Positions 15,201 to 16,512 of a stretch of DNA of 16,512 bases are shown here, piece by piece. Origin of the DNA: Thermoplasmata archaeon (GTDB lineage: Archaea > Thermoplasmatota > SW-10-69-26 > JACQPN01 > JAJPHT01). The notes below the pieces were generated by a model. It saw nothing but the letters and a program-made list of their open reading frames with translations, had not been told where the DNA came from and searched no databases. The stretch is from assembly GCA_034667685.1 (NCBI GenBank), contig JAXDQU010000116.1, forward strand, positions 1 to 16,512, in the 5' to 3' direction. The position numbers and the translations under genes are program-made. Position 1 is the first letter of the stretch. The number at the start of each line of letters is the position of its first letter.

Positions 15201-16512
15201 CGTGGCATTGAACAGGATGCTCGTCGGAAGGCCCGTGACGTTGGCGCCCACGCGCGTGACGGGCGCGTTGGACTTCACGTCCTCGTAGGTGACGTTGAGC
15301 GAGGTCATCGACGCGCTGGCGGCGTAGGTCAGGTTGGCCTGCGGCGCCATCGTGACGTTGACCGTCGCGGGCACGTCGCGCGCCTCCACGAGGAAGCGCG
15401 TGTAGTTCTCCGCGTGCGTCATGTTGTCCGTGCGGTTCACGTAGGCGTTGACCTGCGCGATCGCGGCCGAGGCGGCGTACGCCGCGGTGGTCGTGCCGTT
15501 GGCCGCGCGCGCGAGCGTGAGGTTCGCGGCGACGGGCAGGCTCGCGGCGCGCGCCATGAAGAGCGTGCGCGCCTGCGTGCTGGTCTGCGAGACGTTGAGG
15601 CTCACCTCGACGCCGGTCGCGGCGGGCAGGCTCGTGGTGAAGTCGTTGACCGTGCCGCCCGATCCGTCCTGGCGGAAGTGGAGGCTGCCGCTCATCCACG
15701 AGGGCGTCGCGTCGAAGCGGATCGCGCCCAGGATGGGGTTGATCTCGTCGAAGGTGGTGCACGAAGCGCACGAGGGGACGAGGCTGCGCGTCGAGAACGT
15801 CACGGACTGGGGCGAGGCGGGCGAGACGTAGGTGAGGTTCACGAGGACCTGCACGTCGTTGGCGACGACCTTCGTGACGTCGGTGAGGACCGCGGTGACC
15901 TTCGAGCTGGAGCTGAGGCTGGACTCCGAGGCGTCGAAGCCCGTGGTCATGCGCAGCGTGGTGCCGGGGACCTCGTAGACCGCGTAGACGTGCGCGGCGA
16001 GGGTGCCGGTGGCGCCCGCGAGGCGCACGGTGCTGAACTGGCCGGTGAAGCCCTGCGGGTAGGCGGGGTTGAGGACGGGCGTCAGCGTGGAGCGCACGTC
16101 GGTGACGCCGTCGCCCGTCACGTCCGAGTCGTAGGACGTGCCCATCGCGATGTCAGGCGAGCAGGTGAGGGGGACCGCCGTCGAGTTCCAGCAGACCTTG
16201 TAGGTCGTGGAGTCGATCGTCGTGCGCACGCGCTCCACGAGCGTCGACATGAACGCGGGCGTCGGGGGCGGCGAGGGGGGCGTGGGCGGCGCGGGGGGCG
16301 CGGCGCTCGTGGGCGAGGGGGAGGGCGGGCCCGCGGGGACCGGGACGGGCGGGCCGGCCGCGGGCGGCGTGGGCGCCGGCGGGGGCGTGGGCGGCGGGGC
16401 GCTGGGCGGCGTGGTGGGCGGCGCGGGCGGGAGCGAGCTGGGCCCCGAGGGGGCGGCGGGCGCGCCCGGAAGCGGCGGCGCGGCGGGGATCATGGAGGCC
16501 AGGCCCGCGGGC
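9273..16512 (-). CDS. Giant (>2400 aa) beta-strand-rich repeat protein, probable secreted/surface glycoprotein; probably 5'-truncated by the window edge
   Basis: Single uninterrupted ORF with strong GC3 bias; frame remains open past ATG 16493 to the window end (PAGLAS-M). Pro-rich linker, DxxGDGxxD motif, many NxS/T sequons, internal repeats. Confidence 0.9.
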   Translation of the reverse strand, partial: PAGLASMIPAAPPLPGAPAAPSGPSSLPPAPPTTPPSAPPPTPPPAPTPPAAGPPVPVPAGPPSPSPTSAAPPAPPTPPSPPPTPAFMSTLVERVRTTIDSTTYKVCWNSTAVPLTCSPDIAMGTSYDSDVTGDGVTDVRSTLTPVLNPAYPQGFTGQFSTVRLAGATGTLAAHVYAVYEVPGTTLRMTTGFDASESSLSSSSKVTAVLTDVTKVVANDVQVLVNLTYVSPASPQSVTFSTRSLVPSCASCTTFDEINPILGAIRFDATPSWMSGSLHFRQDGSGGTVNDFTTSLPAATGVEVSLNVSQTSTQARTLFMARAASLPVAANLTLARAANGTTTAAYAASAAIAQVNAYVNRTDNMTHAENYTRFLVEARDVPATVNVTMAPQANLTYAASASMTSLNVTYEDVKSNAPVTRVGANVTGLPTSILFNATTSPGVATIVYDANAATSYVNLSYASFATPTTVALVDVTGLSTHLDLVAYGTSYVSANATPAITQILGNLSIGGQPIDVLPGDHFTINATASGMSMGWRVGSFSQLILDQATAGRLYAKVKAGAGQAFNASVKTPTVLGTAYVSNLPTSIEITELATSLHYVGSGAVSEVYAHVEISGYVLDVDLVNLPADILVTWSTGTSGVITYTASASITRVTARLRKTTLDAGLDIITVPTSLTLTYDASAPALKVVASPAVGTLSGAVNVSGGNADPVPGMDHFVLVQNGSQLGIRFNVSNVTLVEGNASAGGRFALGLSPGGQPFQGLLFLQPSKVGSLYVSSLPASLVADLQPATRTFSYAGVATGAYVRATWDDNATGQKAVLDLVGLPSALSLTWTAAYPIVATYSASGPLGSLMAYSRDATGGKAFNLTVTSIPAWMQATFDQDYASFDARVGATAAPASGSVGSILARYADDDAFLTTVPPEDHAVLVQDAGVTRAEILYTGLRQVVADSRSHQLHVLVKNTAARVFVARADTPSMLAGVHVDAVPSTAQVDYVNNTVWYNGSSNVSRVDVGFDNKTGTLLNATLLGLPTNMTLQWGAQNVTYQGSGPIVSIAAKVAINNGTAPTDAIDHVYLVKNGTSLGIDVLLHGLVALTVDPTNGGLYKLQLSPGGQPFYGYASLDADVVATLWVSNLPTLISADLRAPTKAFVYTGTQSANVTATYRKLSTGDVARLDLQGLPAAMRVDWTMTPTALITYNASAIAGAAMVFYHEGSSGASYNLTVTSIPAWMKAQVAPSLVTFDARTAWNAAPATGSVGQILLRYGSDGNFLTNTPSDDHAVYKENGTGKWAELKYSGLRSLTVQGGSGSFFVNVKNSAARVFVLAADTPLVLFNGRIDAVPDDVTVNYAGSSIHYAASSAISRMDYALDNRAGLLANLTILGLPTGWDLTWAPGGGTGVSFIATGGAVGQILARLSMHGVYAATGGTDHLHVIKRGADVGVDLQLSGLVEITATTDPTNGAYARLRLSPGGQTFNATADLDSDTYATLQIAALPNDVTLSMRPGSGSFSYAGAASGTSLTARLWRVSTGLIGAVDLPSLPASLSLTWAMGPPFTATYDASAPLTGLNAFVRAASAGPTANLAISSLPQHIDVLAGDGQVVFDAKTSAGAASGSGALGTVRLQFATNTVFLGGVPAIDHAWVKKTAAGTWADVQHTGLKQVRIDTRSQKFSALVQDASARPFNATVDTPTAFFALGIANVPANVQVTWDGVTARYLASSVVGQVTAYYSPLDGTYYSADVRNIPASITLALDMTGQAITWTSSSSVTSVTLAARQRALGRTWSATLGLTSIPTAWNLKWPSGGANLTVTSGSIGSVDATLTDTSNVWRLGGDHVAVYYRDVTNDLTASLHVSNVAGAGFGKTTNGFQSELKVGSGGTLSAGFDAVLSGNAANASATLIGFPTLVQLSQTADKWTYAASANFELYLRADVGHAASMSSVPTPPWLGQGVAVRDGACNGCPAAYKSTLHLVGLPTRLVFDGSGRTLSVTSYNPGSSARIQADADLRHTIANSAVRFLFTQSGISGPISYKFGPFSASGHTVSASYTSSAAMGQLDLQAWMYNGNLWAGGYLTLSGIPTSLTYQSTFGNPISTVDITMSSAMTSLRAGAYLDSFSGPGALSVGASVSLTDIPSTVHLTFGRVQQTSGSDQAAAPGFTYSANADTLDVTLWVGATLFGGDLHAVATLYATNIGRSTTGTLSGMTLSIASSPATSSLEAHVYGDMHLSSSASGCWPSCSNWIRLEASEHGTFTPNIQDLRVSLSGFTSATLKIGLASQLSGSFSAFQFGWGSVSIGVDFHAAAYVKLKVASTTLSWTLASYDTTTTLNPRIDFHVSGAHWAPYWSVNTYFPCSWTYNKYHINLNFNPHPHGRQTNGFSVGAPGTENMWVVTPNPGPIFPDVAVDVANLFLGPSGSGASISAPCY
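16257..16512 (-). repeat. Low-complexity Pro/Ala/Ser/Thr-rich coding linker within the giant protein
   Basis: Translates as PAAPPLPGAPAAPSGPSSLPPAPPTTPPSAPPPTPPPAPTPP...PPTPPSPPPTP. Confidence 0.85.

Noticed and set aside
8926-15831. Long alternative ORFs within the giant gene (8926..12360 -, 9438..12131 +, 12505..14097 -, 14518..15771 - and others)
   Set aside because: Arg/Gly/Pro-rich shadow frames expected from high GC3 and scarce stop codons.

Overview
Very GC-rich (roughly 70% or more by eye), gene-dense DNA that is almost certainly archaeal. The evidence is an archaea-specific UPF0201 gene, an aIF-2B-alpha-like gene, an archaeal 'AGCLG' lipoprotein and TATA-like boxes about 30 nt upstream of most starts; a high-GC Thermoplasmatota lineage is my inference. 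Gene order: Hsp20 (-), PfkB nucleoside-kinase-like (+), UPF0201 (-), IF-2B-family protein (+), duplicated-domain lipoprotein (-), 3-TM membrane protein (+), dCMP deaminase (+), DsbA/YjbH-like protein (+), class II glutamine amidotransferase-like protein (+), glutamine-synthetase-like gamma-glutamyl ligase (+), small helical protein (+), and a giant 5'-truncated repeat protein of more than 2400 aa (-). Four things stand out. (i) Three intergenic fold-back elements built from mirror-image short tandem repeats with different units (7, 8-9 and 8 bp), one a perfect 65-bp-arm palindrome. (ii) A giant beta-strand-rich surface glycoprotein candidate with a hierarchical repeat structure I cannot assign to a known family. 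(iii) A GS-like ligase lacking ammonia-site residues next to an Ntn hydrolase. (iv) A YjbH-like DsbA-wHTH protein in an archaeon. I found no rRNA, tRNA, CRISPR array or transposase.
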